Source: a virus (lineage: Duplodnaviria > Caudoviricetes). Taken from it: a stretch of DNA of 64,000 nt. The translations under genes were made by a program, and so were the position numbers. Below the pieces are notes generated by a model that saw only the letters and a program-made list of their open reading frames with translations, searched no databases and was not told where the DNA came from. Shown one piece after another: positions 49,201-60,300 of the stretch; the first letter of the stretch is position 1; each line of letters opens with the position of its first letter. The stretch spans positions 30,456 to 94,455 of the IMG/VR virus record IMGVR_UViG_3300027212_000006; one strand, 5' to 3'.

Positions 49201-50160
49201 ATATACATTAGCCTCAGTTATGTAACCTGGTAAACTTAGATCCCTTAAAGTAGTAGCTGTGTCTGTATCTCTACTTGGGAAAATACCTGGAATATAAAAC
49301 AAAGCATTGATTTGAGTAGAGTCTGAATCTGATGCAAATTGTTTTTTCATAGCTAAAACAATTTGTAATCTGTTAGCCATAGACAAATCTGATAATCTGT
49401 ATGAACTATCAGGTAAAGATAGAGCACCAAGTAAAGAGTCTATTTGAGTATGGGTAAGTGTTCCAATATTATCAAGTGTTTTGTGGTCAATTTGGGGCAA
49501 TCTTTCAGCAGACAATGTACCTTTAGTAACTGTAGATATATCAAGATTTTCAATATATTCTCCAGACAGTTTTCCTTGAACATGTTTGGCTAAATTAATT
49601 GGACTTGGGTTATTAGATCCACCAATATGTTTGTGTGAATTAATAATTCCTGAAAGAGAAGAAATTATGCTTATTCTTACTCTTCCTGTAGTAAACGGTT
49701 CAATAGTGGTTGTTTCACCAAAAGTAACAATAACACCACCTAATGAAACGAAATTGTCTATGTCTGTAATCTCTACCAGTGATGTAAGAAAGTCAATATC
49801 TTTGGTAACTGGAGTATTATCATTTGTAACTGCATAAACCCAAACTGTTGCGCTTGTAATACCTGTTGGAAGAATAGGAAGTGCTACATCTTCAAATGAT
49901 GTTGTTTCAGCCGCTTTCCAAGAAACAAATCCTTTACCACTAGATATTCTAATATTTTGAACATCATTAGGAATTACACTGATAACCCAGGATGAATAAT
50001 TATTACTTTCATCCTCAATAATTCCATTACCAAATATTTGATAAAGAGAATATGTTTGGGTATCTATAGCACGAAAGCGAAGCTCATCTAAATCGAGTTC
50101 TTCGCTTAAATCTTGATTGGGCTCTAAATATCCAAGCCCATAAATTGGTGTCTTTCCCAT
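46228..50160 (-). CDS. Large tail fibre/baseplate protein; N-terminus paralogous to the 3056-aa protein
   Basis: HKHIGGSNNPSPINL and KLSG..I..LD.S..KGTL...RL..IDH blocks shared with 24613-33783. NHL-like blades (YADTLNDRIIHFD; PTGLNVLSNGDLLIAE). Confidence 0.72.
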   Translation of the reverse strand: MGKTPIYGLGYLEPNQDLSEELDLDELRFRAIDTQTYSLYQIFGNGIIEDESNNYSSWVISVIPNDVQNIRISSGKGFVSWKAAETTSFEDVALPILPTGITSATVWVYAVTNDNTPVTKDIDFLTSLVEITDIDNFVSLGGVIVTFGETTTIEPFTTGRVRISIISSLSGIINSHKHIGGSNNPSPINLAKHVQGKLSGEYIENLDISTVTKGTLSAERLPQIDHKTLDNIGTLTHTQIDSLLGALSLPDSSYRLSDLSMANRLQIVLAMKKQFASDSDSTQINALFYIPGIFPSRDTDTATTLRDLSLPGYITEANVYDDPGAGYDTAVNFIEAASSDSNTAFNVFFTSKNNFTTMLNYINGKDIGELYVNSNIKIEGTTDDNADGIFKIDTPINFTILSNAAGSDFENTAYGWNYYTKKLRNTDDTYTDTQYTLFTIPATKRDWSNVTNIGLGINLTDTDSACSIYMVLLVDPTDNRISDGTLVSETIEDRANATVQTLEIKRTLPRKIFTKGTDDYATDIFINVDLSEMIELPSDRVNVVGFAFYIKTDDTSTERWNGDASPTLKLIAPASELLVDNAGDDLTTLQDARLNESNGNLSALFLWNEYLYAESSRYIFRLDTGSTSATLNLYSYKITVPAGTSYTISARITDSATEDDLNSLTALDITEEATLISGTYEIVPPSSYSITLPGSGTYTSSKFNIGKWLDIVIDLYADSEGLNTPEFEELSIDYTSVGGAQSRTWNTKYDNIADDQSGWVESEYQKFNILYGPNYTEGGLTKNVLTLDKKDVGNWIYLAKSSALSALQTASTTTKSTYEDGNDNSTAVNSLSTYLTPWQIFNKSSNYGFYKPKDFRILWDESAIYADTLNDRIIHFDSAGVVKKIIQGNLRLKLAERDFMVLAAHYNPDVAVIYLPFSQCVNILDASKIKIIYDGLDISANEIAYVSSVELLTPLVSLKSSTVVIKLTSKMNKLLSSATDKRVIILTGAFSTNGTATNDSESSDNTNNISGTGSSTPGTIVGPPSGYTNSGLGDGGKPGSLSVRADFNVMDILDSPSLKRFELKGNTNLSGTVEIFDSMSKKNTFSGFQSFDFKAMADGDITEIFDYNGDGITTTLIAPPKSGQTIAQTTPIELNMLTGPVYYANIFNPISVMVNKSYQYIVAQPFVNSVIAFDYDTANSVLWTLPSTLVPFNADLLGSAYELNNGNILIALPSQSSTVLGKLMVIRRTNTDDFPIVNITLQGDAVYALPSEKSGEYYVLVDDRFNSGKNSKLLRINTSGTVVKSWNNKGLLTKPTGLNVLSNGDLLIAE

Positions 50161-50162
50161 AA

Positions 50163-50384
50163 TTAGTTAATTGGCTTATCTTCGTTGATTACTTTTGCCT
50201 GTCCCCATCTTGAAGCGCCCCAAGTCAATGCATCTTGATTTGGATCATAGGTATCCCTTCTGAACTTAGACAGCATAAGATCAGCCGCTAATTGAGACTG
50301 TGAGTTGAGCTGAGCATCTCTTTGTTGCTGGTTACTTTGTATCTGGTATTTGATCGCATCAGAGAGGTTGAAGAATTGAGGCAT
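50163..50384 (-). CDS. Small Gln-rich hypothetical protein
   Basis: 73 aa, SD AGGAG, fills an operon gap. Confidence 0.7.
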   Translation of the reverse strand: MPQFFNLSDAIKYQIQSNQQQRDAQLNSQSQLAADLMLSKFRRDTYDPNQDALTWGASRWGQAKVINEDKPIN

Positions 50385-50402
50385 AGTAATCTCCTAATTC
50401 AA

Positions 50403-53198
50403 TTATTTAAGGTTGAAGATTGATTTCCCTTGCACAGAAGCCGTAATAATATTTTCTTTTTTGTTAGCTTTATATGTTACTGAAGAATAAAAATAATTAT
50501 CTGTAACCTTAAAACCACCATTCCAAAGATATTTTATATGAAAAGTGCCCATATGGTGCAAAGGTCTAGTGACATAACAATTAAAACTAACAGTGTAATT
50601 AGGTTTTTTATTCAACTCAATTTGTTTGTTATGCCATGTTCTTAATGCCAATGTATCAGGCATTGCTTTTCCCCAGTTTTTCCAATGAGTTTTTTCAAAA
50701 CCTACATAACCTACTACATTAAAATTCCCGTTTAAAATTGGGTTTGGATTTTGGACAATAGGAATACGATCAAAGATAAAACCTTCATATCCTGAGCCTT
50801 CAGCTATCCAATTGCTATGATATCTTTCAGTGTCGGATTCAATTTGATATCCACCTTCAGATAGTAATCCATGCCAATCTGTCAAACGCTCAGTAAATTT
50901 CGCATTTCTAGAATTAGCTTGTCTTAAATCAATGTCAAAAAGTTTTAATTCATCTCTATATTTTGGATCATATTTCCAGTCTAATTTTAAATACTGTCTG
51001 TTTGCATCATAAAACATGACTGGCCAATCACTTTGTTTATTCATTCTAGGCCCTAACATGTTAAAAACATCTATGATGTCTGTGTAAATAGAGGCTTTAA
51101 TTGCATCTTCCTCTAAAGGAGTATTTGAAATATTAAGGTTCATTCCTGCTTGAAATCCAGGATTTAAATTATCTATATCAAAGTCAAAAAATCTGTGGAA
51201 AGATGAATGTTCCATAATTCTTCTGAAGCAGTATTTATATTTAGCTCCATGAAATGAAAGGAACCCAAATAACTTTGTGTTTTTTAGGACATAAGAGCCT
51301 ACATCTACGGCAGAAACACTTGTTACACTTCCAGATGCAGTTCTATTTGTTTTTAATTTGGTTATAAAACCTTGAAAAAACACTTCTTCTTGTTCATATC
51401 CAGCAGAAAGCTCTATAACTAATTGATTTTGCTCAATTAAGGTAAGGATATTTACTCCATTGTAAACAGTGTCTAACGAAAAAGCTACATCAATATTTGC
51501 TAGATTAATTTCAGCAGTAGATGATAATATTTTGCTGCCTTCATCAAATTGTGTAGATACAGACCAATCTTCTAAATATTTTGTAAGATTGCCGCCGTGT
51601 GTATCTATAATTGGCTTAAGCAATGATTTTGGAGGAGCTAATGAGTAGTTTGGAGTATTTTCTGATTTTACAAACAACGGGCCAGAGATTGCAGAGTTAA
51701 ACTTAATTTGAGCATATTTACTACCACCCAATGATGTGTAATCAATTTTAAGCTGATCATTCAAACCAGATCTTTGATCATGGAAAAAAGACACACCATT
51801 TTCTAATTGTGTTGAATATCCCTGGTATGGCTGCAATACAAAACTGTTTTCAATATGCTCAAAATATCTGTAAGTAAGAGTAGGTAATGTATCGTCAATT
51901 AGTTGTGGGTCAAAATTATTAAAACATAATGGCTCAAACTGGAAATTTACTGAAGCATAATAAATATCCATATATATTTGTGCTTGTTCAGATATACCGT
52001 GAGTGTATTTGTCTAAAGGTTGATTTTTGTTTTTTGAACTTGGGAAATTAGAAACCCAAGTGCTTGGATCTGGTGTAGTTCCATAAAGCAAAATGTCATT
52101 TAAAAAATGAAAATAAAGATTAATTTCATTTCCAGATGTAGCAATAATACCCAAATTAAACTTTGCTACTTGAACATTTGCTTGATTTATCATTTTTATT
52201 TCCACTTTTTCGTTAGGTACTAAAACCACTATGTACTTAAAAGCGTTTTGTTTATTCTTGATATGTGCAAACTCTTTTGCGTCTTTAGATGATGCTATGG
52301 AATCTATGACAATTTCAATTCTGGATTGTTTTCCTTGGATTTGTTGCTGAGGAAAACTAGGAAGTAGTTGCAAATGAAAACTTGAATTGTATGATGCTTT
52401 CTCCTTTACGTCAAATGAATATTTTTTCTGTTTAGCATCAAAGCAAAATAACTTTGCATTTTCTTCAGATGTTCCATAAATAATATCACTTGATATCGTA
52501 AAAATTCTTTTTACTCTGCATGCATGATCGGGGCTAGTTACTTCTACAAAAGCACCATTATTTATATCATCAACCGTATTAATGCTAGGAGTGTAAGGAT
52601 CTTCAAATATTTGCCCAGAATATTTTTGACATTTAGTTAGATTAACTTTTTGTTTGCCAAATATTTCTGTAATTCTCCAAATATTGTAAGTTGTAAAAGC
52701 ACTTGCATCATATAAATTAGATTTCCTATAAGGCATGAAAGGTTGTTGCGGTCCTTGCAACACATCTAATGTTGGAAAAACATTTTCTACATTACTGTTA
52801 TTTCTTGGGTTATTATCAAACTGCGGAAGTGTGTTATATTGATCCTTCCTTGGTCCCTTGATTAAATTAAATACTGGGTGAGGCAGAGCGTCTTTATCAA
52901 CATCAAATGCGCCAAAGGCAAATGTACATTTTGGAGCGCCAATAGCAGTGTTTACTTTAGGTATAAATCCACCATAAATACTTGGTACAGAACTTAAATA
53001 ATCTGATGTATTTAATGTGTAAAGATTATTTTTTATCTTTACTTGAGAGGAATGCATCTTGTTATTTTGAGGTGAAAAGTTTTCTACATTTTCACTTTTA
53101 TTTGCAGTGTAAAAACCCTCAGCAATAGGCTTATCAGGATTATATAAAAGATATAATCTGCATGTTTGCTTTAATTCTCTTGTTGGATCAATTATCAT
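50403..53198 (-). CDS. Baseplate hub/Tal-like tail protein (putative)
   Basis: The C-terminal half has a hub-like pattern (AEINLAN...IELSAGY...FFQGFIT...SVSAVD...FYD) and lies in the tail operon. Confidence 0.5.
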   Translation of the reverse strand: MIIDPTRELKQTCRLYLLYNPDKPIAEGFYTANKSENVENFSPQNNKMHSSQVKIKNNLYTLNTSDYLSSVPSIYGGFIPKVNTAIGAPKCTFAFGAFDVDKDALPHPVFNLIKGPRKDQYNTLPQFDNNPRNNSNVENVFPTLDVLQGPQQPFMPYRKSNLYDASAFTTYNIWRITEIFGKQKVNLTKCQKYSGQIFEDPYTPSINTVDDINNGAFVEVTSPDHACRVKRIFTISSDIIYGTSEENAKLFCFDAKQKKYSFDVKEKASYNSSFHLQLLPSFPQQQIQGKQSRIEIVIDSIASSKDAKEFAHIKNKQNAFKYIVVLVPNEKVEIKMINQANVQVAKFNLGIIATSGNEINLYFHFLNDILLYGTTPDPSTWVSNFPSSKNKNQPLDKYTHGISEQAQIYMDIYYASVNFQFEPLCFNNFDPQLIDDTLPTLTYRYFEHIENSFVLQPYQGYSTQLENGVSFFHDQRSGLNDQLKIDYTSLGGSKYAQIKFNSAISGPLFVKSENTPNYSLAPPKSLLKPIIDTHGGNLTKYLEDWSVSTQFDEGSKILSSTAEINLANIDVAFSLDTVYNGVNILTLIEQNQLVIELSAGYEQEEVFFQGFITKLKTNRTASGSVTSVSAVDVGSYVLKNTKLFGFLSFHGAKYKYCFRRIMEHSSFHRFFDFDIDNLNPGFQAGMNLNISNTPLEEDAIKASIYTDIIDVFNMLGPRMNKQSDWPVMFYDANRQYLKLDWKYDPKYRDELKLFDIDLRQANSRNAKFTERLTDWHGLLSEGGYQIESDTERYHSNWIAEGSGYEGFIFDRIPIVQNPNPILNGNFNVVGYVGFEKTHWKNWGKAMPDTLALRTWHNKQIELNKKPNYTVSFNCYVTRPLHHMGTFHIKYLWNGGFKVTDNYFYSSVTYKANKKENIITASVQGKSIFNLK

Positions 53199-56100
53199 TA
53201 TGATAAACCTTTGTAGTATTTTTTTTCTGTTACATAAGAGTAAGGAATAATATTTCTTGAAACTATGGTATTGTCTCTGTCCTTATACCAGACAGACAGC
53301 GAACTAGACGTTCCTTTATTTTCAAGACTAATTCCAGCCCTCTGCAACACAATATCTACTTTTTCATCTCTGTCATTATTATTCATTACTAAATATTTTT
53401 CTTGATTCAATGCATATACTAATTTATTTTTCTCATCTAGAGTAAAATTACCCGCTATTAGCTGCAATTTTGGATTAATGTTTGCGCCGCCAGGATAGCC
53501 AGAATAACCAGTTTTGAAATAAAATAATTTACTATCACACCAAAAAATTGTATGCATTACTCTTTTTACAGAATCATATTTTGAACTGATGCCATATATT
53601 TGAAGAGAAGAGTAAAGCTTTGGAAGTAATGCTTCAAAAGTAAATATTGTAAATTCTGGGCTTGCTTGACTTAAATTAAAACTTTTCGATTTAATTGCAT
53701 ACTGTGTTGAGTTTTTAACATAGTGTAATAGAAAATCATTAGTATTTAGCTTAATTAAATCTACATGTGTTGGAAGCAAATTGTCAATAGTCGCAACTTC
53801 TTCAGCAGTTCTTAAATCAATAAGACCAGGAAACAAGCTTAAATCTTCGGGCTTGTCTCCGGCTAATAGATAATTTCTATATTCGTTTTTGCCATCTGAA
53901 GAAACGTTGACAGATCTATTAATTTTAAATATAAGAGAGCCTGGTTGTGCAAATCCAGCTCCGTAAAATGTTTGACTTGCCTTATCTATTGCCGCTGTGA
54001 ATAAATTAAATCCAGAAAATATCTTTTTTACTTCCTGTCCAAATCCTGTCGTTGTTGCATATCTTTGTTCAGCAGGTAATCCCCATCTTTTAGCATCTCC
54101 ATCGTTTTGGTTTAGTGCCGCTGAAATAAAGTTGCCTTCCGAACTTACTGCTTCTGTCATCAAATAAATATGGTCAGCGCTATATGGGTTACCGTTTGAA
54201 GTTGAAAAGTTGAGCATTTTTGGTTTAGAACCATGTAAATTAGCAACTAATGACCCTGATGAATCATAATTAGCCACAGTATATTGATCAAGTGAACTTC
54301 CATATGAATTAACTCTTAAGACATCAATCTCTCCTAATTCACTTGCACTTGATCTATTGCTAGAATAGGCCACAATAAAAGAGTCACTGAAGCCACTATT
54401 GACAACTCCAATTGAATCTTCCGCTAAATCTGCAACTCCAGCAACCGTTCTGAATTTTGGCTCTGCACTTCCAAAGCTATGGTTTAGTCTTATCTCCATA
54501 TCGGAAGGAAGATTTACATACCAAGTAGGTGAATAAAGTGTTCCACTAAGGACATACGGCTCTTGAAATGTAACTGTCTTTGTGCCTAAGCTTTCTGGAG
54601 CAGCTATAAAATAAAATTGACTGTCTGCATCAGCGTCAGCTCCAAGAATTTTAGTTGGTGCTAACGGAAGGTCTTCATAATATGCTGGAGAACCTACTGC
54701 AGAGGGTGTGGAAGGAGAATTGTAAATAATTCTCTCTTGCTCAATTGTATTTTGCTTAATTTCTATGCTGTCAATTCTAAAACCAAACTTAATTTTAAGA
54801 ATCTTATCGTAGTACTCTTTAAGTTCTGAATAGGTGTAATTTAAATCACAATAAGGTAGATATGTTAATCTCAAAACAAATTGAGTTTCTGCACCATCAA
54901 TTAAGAATGGGAAAGAGATATTGGCTCTATAGGAATATGTTTGGAATGATAATCCAACAGCTTTTAGCTCAGAAGATTTGAATAATCTGCTTACAACCTT
55001 GCCTTCAACATCAACAAGCAAACCTTCAATAATCAAATTAAAATCAATGCTTATATCACTAATTCTATTTCTTTTAACCTCAATCTCCCATGAGCCTGTA
55101 TTAATTCTGCCGTTTTGTAATGAAACTACATCAGTTACAAAGTCAGTAATGATTGTTTTGCTTGGGCTGGTAGTCTTTGATAATGTTCTAAAAAGTTCTT
55201 CATTTATTGGTATATTTAGCTTACCAGTATCATAATTTTCAAATGCATCTGGCTTTTTGAGAAGTGCTACGTCTTCAAAAGCATAACTATTTTCAGCACC
55301 AGCATAAGAAATAAACTTATTACTATATGGTATATAATCATAATTTTTTTCAAAATCAGTTGCATTTTCATAAGTGATAGGTATTGGTCTTTTGCCTGTC
55401 ATACTAGATGAAACTTTTAAAGAATCAGCTATTTTCAAATATGAGTTAGATGTAAAGCTTGTCTCCGATGGGTTTCTTATTGCATGAAGTTCTTTTGAAA
55501 TAACTTGATATATTGGAGTTTCAAATCCATTCTTTTCAGTATCAAATGCAAAGTTAACAACAGTACCAGATACCCGACTTCCTGATGCCCTAACATACAC
55601 ACCAACAACTAATACTGCTTGATCAAAAGAAGCTTCTGGCATTGCTATAATTTGTTTATCGGAAATATATCTTGCTATTTCATATTGTGCAAGGTTAGTT
55701 GGAGAAGGTGGAGCTATTAAAACTTCATCATATTTTTTGGGTGATTTTTTTACTAATTTTGTACTAGTTGCAGTAGATTCAAAACATATTTCAGTTTCAG
55801 ATCTGTAAGCTAATAAGTTGTTTTTTGCATAAGAATCTTTAGGAGCAAACCACATTCTAAAATATACGTGATAGTTGTTATTATTAAAGTTATTAATTGT
55901 CTGAGTTTCAAAAGAAGCTCTAAATAATCCCTTTGAAAAATTAATACCATTTTTTAAAGAGACTGGATTAGTTTCATCTTCCGCTACAAATGTTGCTATT
56001 TCTTGATCAAAATCTATAAGTCCAGGTTCTTGATTAATTGTTTGTTTGAGTGAAAAAGATTCTTTTTTAGAAAGTGTTGCAACTTTGTTCAGTTTCCAAT

Positions 56101-57304
56101 ATTGAGACGCAGGGTTGTCTTTTTTAAGTTTGGCATCTTCAAAGAAAACGTATCTTGCTTGCCTTTTACCAGCTTGAATACCTAAAAGTGTAAATTGATA
56201 AGCTGAAAATGGTGTTTCTAGTCCCAAACCTCCAAAAATATCAAATGCTCCAGTAATAGGAACAGACGCAAAATAAAATCTTAAGTTGACACCGTGAGCA
56301 AACCCTGGGCTATTAGTTCTATATTCTGGGTCAAATAATTTTAAATTAACTGTAGGCCTATAATTATCGCCTTTAGGAAAAGTTACAAAGTATGTATTTT
56401 TCTCAGGCTCAATAACTTTTCTTAGAGTAACTGCATAACCTAATATACTACATGGCAAGTTTCGTGGATTTAAATTAGTTTCATTAAATGCTCTAAAAAT
56501 CCATATTTTCCTAACTCTAAATCTCAAGCTAGAACAATTTAAAGATTCATCAGTCAATGCAAACTTAAGATTATCAACAGAGGGCCTTGCCAAACCTGTT
56601 AAAGATGTGCCAGTTAACAAGTTTTTCTTAACTACTTGTGGATATGATGTTGAAGACACACCATTTTTAGAAACTTCTTTATGTATACCAGTTAAGCTTA
56701 AAGTTAATGGAACAGTGCCATTATCAGGACTAAATTGTTTACCTTCAAGCAATAAGCTTATCAATTTATATTCATCAAAAGGAAAATCATTTAAAGCTGT
56801 CGCATCACCTTTTCTGTATGCAACTATTTTAGCAACATGCTCTTCATTAGTGATAAAGCTAAATATAGAATCATCATAAGGATCAAAAGATAAACTATAT
56901 TCAATTGTTAAGCATCCAAGTTTAAATGTAAAGTTGGGCATCTTCATTGAATAGCTTAATGAAGTTCTAATTGAGAAATCTTCATCAAGCTCATTAGTTA
57001 AAACAAAACTTTTCATAGGTGGTAAGCCAATGTATAAAGTTGGGTTTGTTAATGGACGATACGTATTAAAGAATGGCCATAATTCAGAATCAGTATCAGT
57101 TAATATAATTCCAGTTTTTCTAATTAAAATCTTATCAGTTTCTAATATAGATTTTGTGGCTTGAACATTATAAAACTGACCTCTTACACATCTAGCAATA
57201 GAATATCCAGTACCAATGTCATCGCCATTGGCATTTGTAGCTGGAAACCATTTTTTACCAGCTTTAGGTGGTGAAAATGGGGGATTGATATGTGAGTCTG
57301 GCAT
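53198..57304 (-). CDS. Large hypothetical virion protein
   Basis: 1368 aa, beta-rich, coupled to its neighbours (TAATG overlap). Confidence 0.7.
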   Translation of the reverse strand: MPDSHINPPFSPPKAGKKWFPATNANGDDIGTGYSIARCVRGQFYNVQATKSILETDKILIRKTGIILTDTDSELWPFFNTYRPLTNPTLYIGLPPMKSFVLTNELDEDFSIRTSLSYSMKMPNFTFKLGCLTIEYSLSFDPYDDSIFSFITNEEHVAKIVAYRKGDATALNDFPFDEYKLISLLLEGKQFSPDNGTVPLTLSLTGIHKEVSKNGVSSTSYPQVVKKNLLTGTSLTGLARPSVDNLKFALTDESLNCSSLRFRVRKIWIFRAFNETNLNPRNLPCSILGYAVTLRKVIEPEKNTYFVTFPKGDNYRPTVNLKLFDPEYRTNSPGFAHGVNLRFYFASVPITGAFDIFGGLGLETPFSAYQFTLLGIQAGKRQARYVFFEDAKLKKDNPASQYWKLNKVATLSKKESFSLKQTINQEPGLIDFDQEIATFVAEDETNPVSLKNGINFSKGLFRASFETQTINNFNNNNYHVYFRMWFAPKDSYAKNNLLAYRSETEICFESTATSTKLVKKSPKKYDEVLIAPPSPTNLAQYEIARYISDKQIIAMPEASFDQAVLVVGVYVRASGSRVSGTVVNFAFDTEKNGFETPIYQVISKELHAIRNPSETSFTSNSYLKIADSLKVSSSMTGKRPIPITYENATDFEKNYDYIPYSNKFISYAGAENSYAFEDVALLKKPDAFENYDTGKLNIPINEELFRTLSKTTSPSKTIITDFVTDVVSLQNGRINTGSWEIEVKRNRISDISIDFNLIIEGLLVDVEGKVVSRLFKSSELKAVGLSFQTYSYRANISFPFLIDGAETQFVLRLTYLPYCDLNYTYSELKEYYDKILKIKFGFRIDSIEIKQNTIEQERIIYNSPSTPSAVGSPAYYEDLPLAPTKILGADADADSQFYFIAAPESLGTKTVTFQEPYVLSGTLYSPTWYVNLPSDMEIRLNHSFGSAEPKFRTVAGVADLAEDSIGVVNSGFSDSFIVAYSSNRSSASELGEIDVLRVNSYGSSLDQYTVANYDSSGSLVANLHGSKPKMLNFSTSNGNPYSADHIYLMTEAVSSEGNFISAALNQNDGDAKRWGLPAEQRYATTTGFGQEVKKIFSGFNLFTAAIDKASQTFYGAGFAQPGSLIFKINRSVNVSSDGKNEYRNYLLAGDKPEDLSLFPGLIDLRTAEEVATIDNLLPTHVDLIKLNTNDFLLHYVKNSTQYAIKSKSFNLSQASPEFTIFTFEALLPKLYSSLQIYGISSKYDSVKRVMHTIFWCDSKLFYFKTGYSGYPGGANINPKLQLIAGNFTLDEKNKLVYALNQEKYLVMNNNDRDEKVDIVLQRAGISLENKGTSSSLSVWYKDRDNTIVSRNIIPYSYVTEKKYYKGLS

Positions 57305-57305
57305 T

Positions 57306-60300
57306 TTAGGTGTTTAAGAACTTGATAAACATATCTTGGATATCGTCTTTTACTCTTTTCTCTGTTTTTCTTATTTCTTCAGAAGTGCGTCTTTCATAAT
57401 ACTCTGTCACTTCAAATATAATTTTCTGTTTCAAGATTACAATGTCTTCTTGAGTGACATTGTAAGATTTTAGCTTTTGTTCTATCTTTTCAAATACCGT
57501 CTCTGTGATTTGTAGAATATTAATCCTTTCAACTTCAGTTATTGTTGTTTCAGTTTCTCTAATAATTTTTGAAGTATTCGGCGCAACTACTGAACTATCA
57601 TTTAGGCTGTAATAATTTGACTCATTTTTAGTTGATGAAAAATCTTGATTAACATTACTTTCATAACTATTATTTACAATGTTGCTTGATGTTGAATTGA
57701 TATTACTTGATGTGTTATTAAAAGTTCTCTGATCAACATTGTTAACATTATTTATTTCGCCATCAGAATTAATTTCTTCAACTATTTTATTAACTTCAGT
57801 CTTGACAAAATTATTCCAAATCTTATCAATTCTTAGATTACTTACGTCTACATCTTCTTCGTTGTTAATTACTTCAAATGATCTGGTTGTATTTTCAAAT
57901 GTTTGTTCAGTTGTACTTGTTGTATTAATCTTTGAAATATTATCAGGTAAGCTTATGTTCTTTGAATTATTATCGTAGTTTAGTACACTTAACTGGCTAT
58001 AATTTTGCGCACTGTTATTTGTAATTTTTTGACTTATAACTTCATTAATTTCATTTTGAACATTATCCAAAATAACAGTATTTAAAAGAGAATAATTATT
58101 TGTAGATTTTAAAACGCTAGCTAGATCATTAGGTAATTCAGTGTTATTTTGTTGGTTTAAAATATTGTCAATATTTTCATTAAATATTTCTGTTTTTAAA
58201 GTATTTTTAATTAAATCAGATGCTCTACTTACAACTTGTGAATTAAGAATATTTTGATTTATATAAATGTTGTTATTTAATGTTTGGGTAATTACTTTTT
58301 GAATGTCATAATTTTGTATATTTAGTTCAGCTTGTTCGACTAAGTTTTTTGTCAAATAGTTGAAAGTTCTCTCCATGTTAAAGACATTATAATTTTTCAT
58401 TAAGCTATTTAGAATAGAATCTCTAGTTGTGCTCATGAATGAAATTGAACTTACAATATTTTCAACTTTTTGCTGAACTGAAAGACTATTGTTTAAATTG
58501 ATAAGCTTTACAGTTTCCAAGAGATTTGAATATGTTTTGGTTTCATAGTTTTCAAATCTTTGTTTAACCACCTCTTCAGAATAAATATTATTAAGTTCTG
58601 TAATTATGTTATTTTTTTCCAAAACATTCATATTGGAAAAGTTAGCATTAGTAGATGAACTTTGATAAACACTTGAAATATTTTGTTGTGTTACATTTGA
58701 GAAATTATTTATAACATTTTGCAGACTGTTATTGGATTCTAAAACATTACTTAGAACCTGTTTTACTTCATTATTCAAAAACACAGAATTAGTATTTAAT
58801 GTTTCTTGAAAATTAGAAAAAGTCAAAAGTTCTTTATTTTCTTTGACAAAACTTTTGTATTCATTATTTTCAATTAAAGTGTTGGCAATAAAATTAATCT
58901 GCTCTAATTTAACTTGATTTATTTTATTTTCAAAATTATTTATAACTTGCTTTAATTCATTATAATTTTCAATATTTTCTATTTCATTTCTAAGTGTGTT
59001 AAGTATTTTAATTTCATTTTTTACTTCAGAAAATTCAGTGGTATATTTAAGCGCTGTTTCCCTTGCTAAAATATTTATTTCTTCGAAATTATTTATTGTG
59101 GTTGAGCTTTCTATAAGATCTACTTTAAATGCTAAATTATTCAAATAATTTGCAAAATAATTTAACTGATTGTTTTCATTAATTTCATAATTATTTGCAA
59201 TAATATTTCCTTGAATAACATTTTTAAGTTGATTGACATTACTAGAATTAAAGTTATTTACATTTAATGTTTTAAGTACATTTGAGATATTTTCTATCTT
59301 AATATTTTGGTTACTAAAGATATTTTCAGCTGTGGATAAAGTTTCATTTAAGAATTGTTGCTTTAAATTATTTACATAATTTTTATTTTCTTCTTGGCTA
59401 TTATTTTTGACAGAATTATAAATCTCATTAATAAACTCTGAGTTTTCATTTACAATTGTGTTTTCATTTAAACTTTGATTGACACTTAAATTGTTCAATT
59501 CAGTATTGATAGTATTAAGTATTTGCTCAACATTTGTAGTAGCGTTCAGTTGCTCGGTTATATTATTTACAGCAGTATTGAATTGTTGAGATAAATTAGA
59601 GTTATTTATTTGATTTAAAACTGATATATTTTTAAGCTCAGAATAGTTTTTATTTTCAATTAAAGTCTTTGCCACTAATTCGCTAGTAATATTTGAGAGA
59701 TTATTTACATAACTGTCTATATTTTCAACTATAGAATTATTCAAAATATTATCGCTTGAAGAATTTGTGATAATGTTTTTGATGTCTACAAATGCATTCT
59801 TCACTTCTTCGAGGTTATATTTATTCAACACTTCTTTAATTTCGGTAAGTGTGGCGAAGCTATTTAAAGACTCTTTTTTCTCAATAATATTTTTAATTTC
59901 ACTTACAAAAATATAATCATCAAAAGCAGAATTATATACGTTCTCTTTGATTACATTAAGAGTGTAGTTAGAAATAGTTTCATTCTGACTGATTAAGAAA
60001 TTCTTGACTTCTTCTTCAACAATATTGCTAGAAGTTATTAAATTAAAAAACTTATTAGTAATATCGGTATTTTGAGTCTTAGTTAATCTTTCTTGTATTT
60101 CAGAAACTACTTCATTATTTGGTGCAAGAATAGATATTTTGTCAATAGTGTTTTGGAATGTTTTAAGTATATCTCTAGTGCCAATTAAAGACTGAGAGAT
60201 ATTTGTTAGTTCAATTGAAGTTTTATAAACCTTGTTGATGAATGATTCGATATTATAATTTTTGATATCAGTAAATCTATTCAAAGACTCGTAGGTTGAA

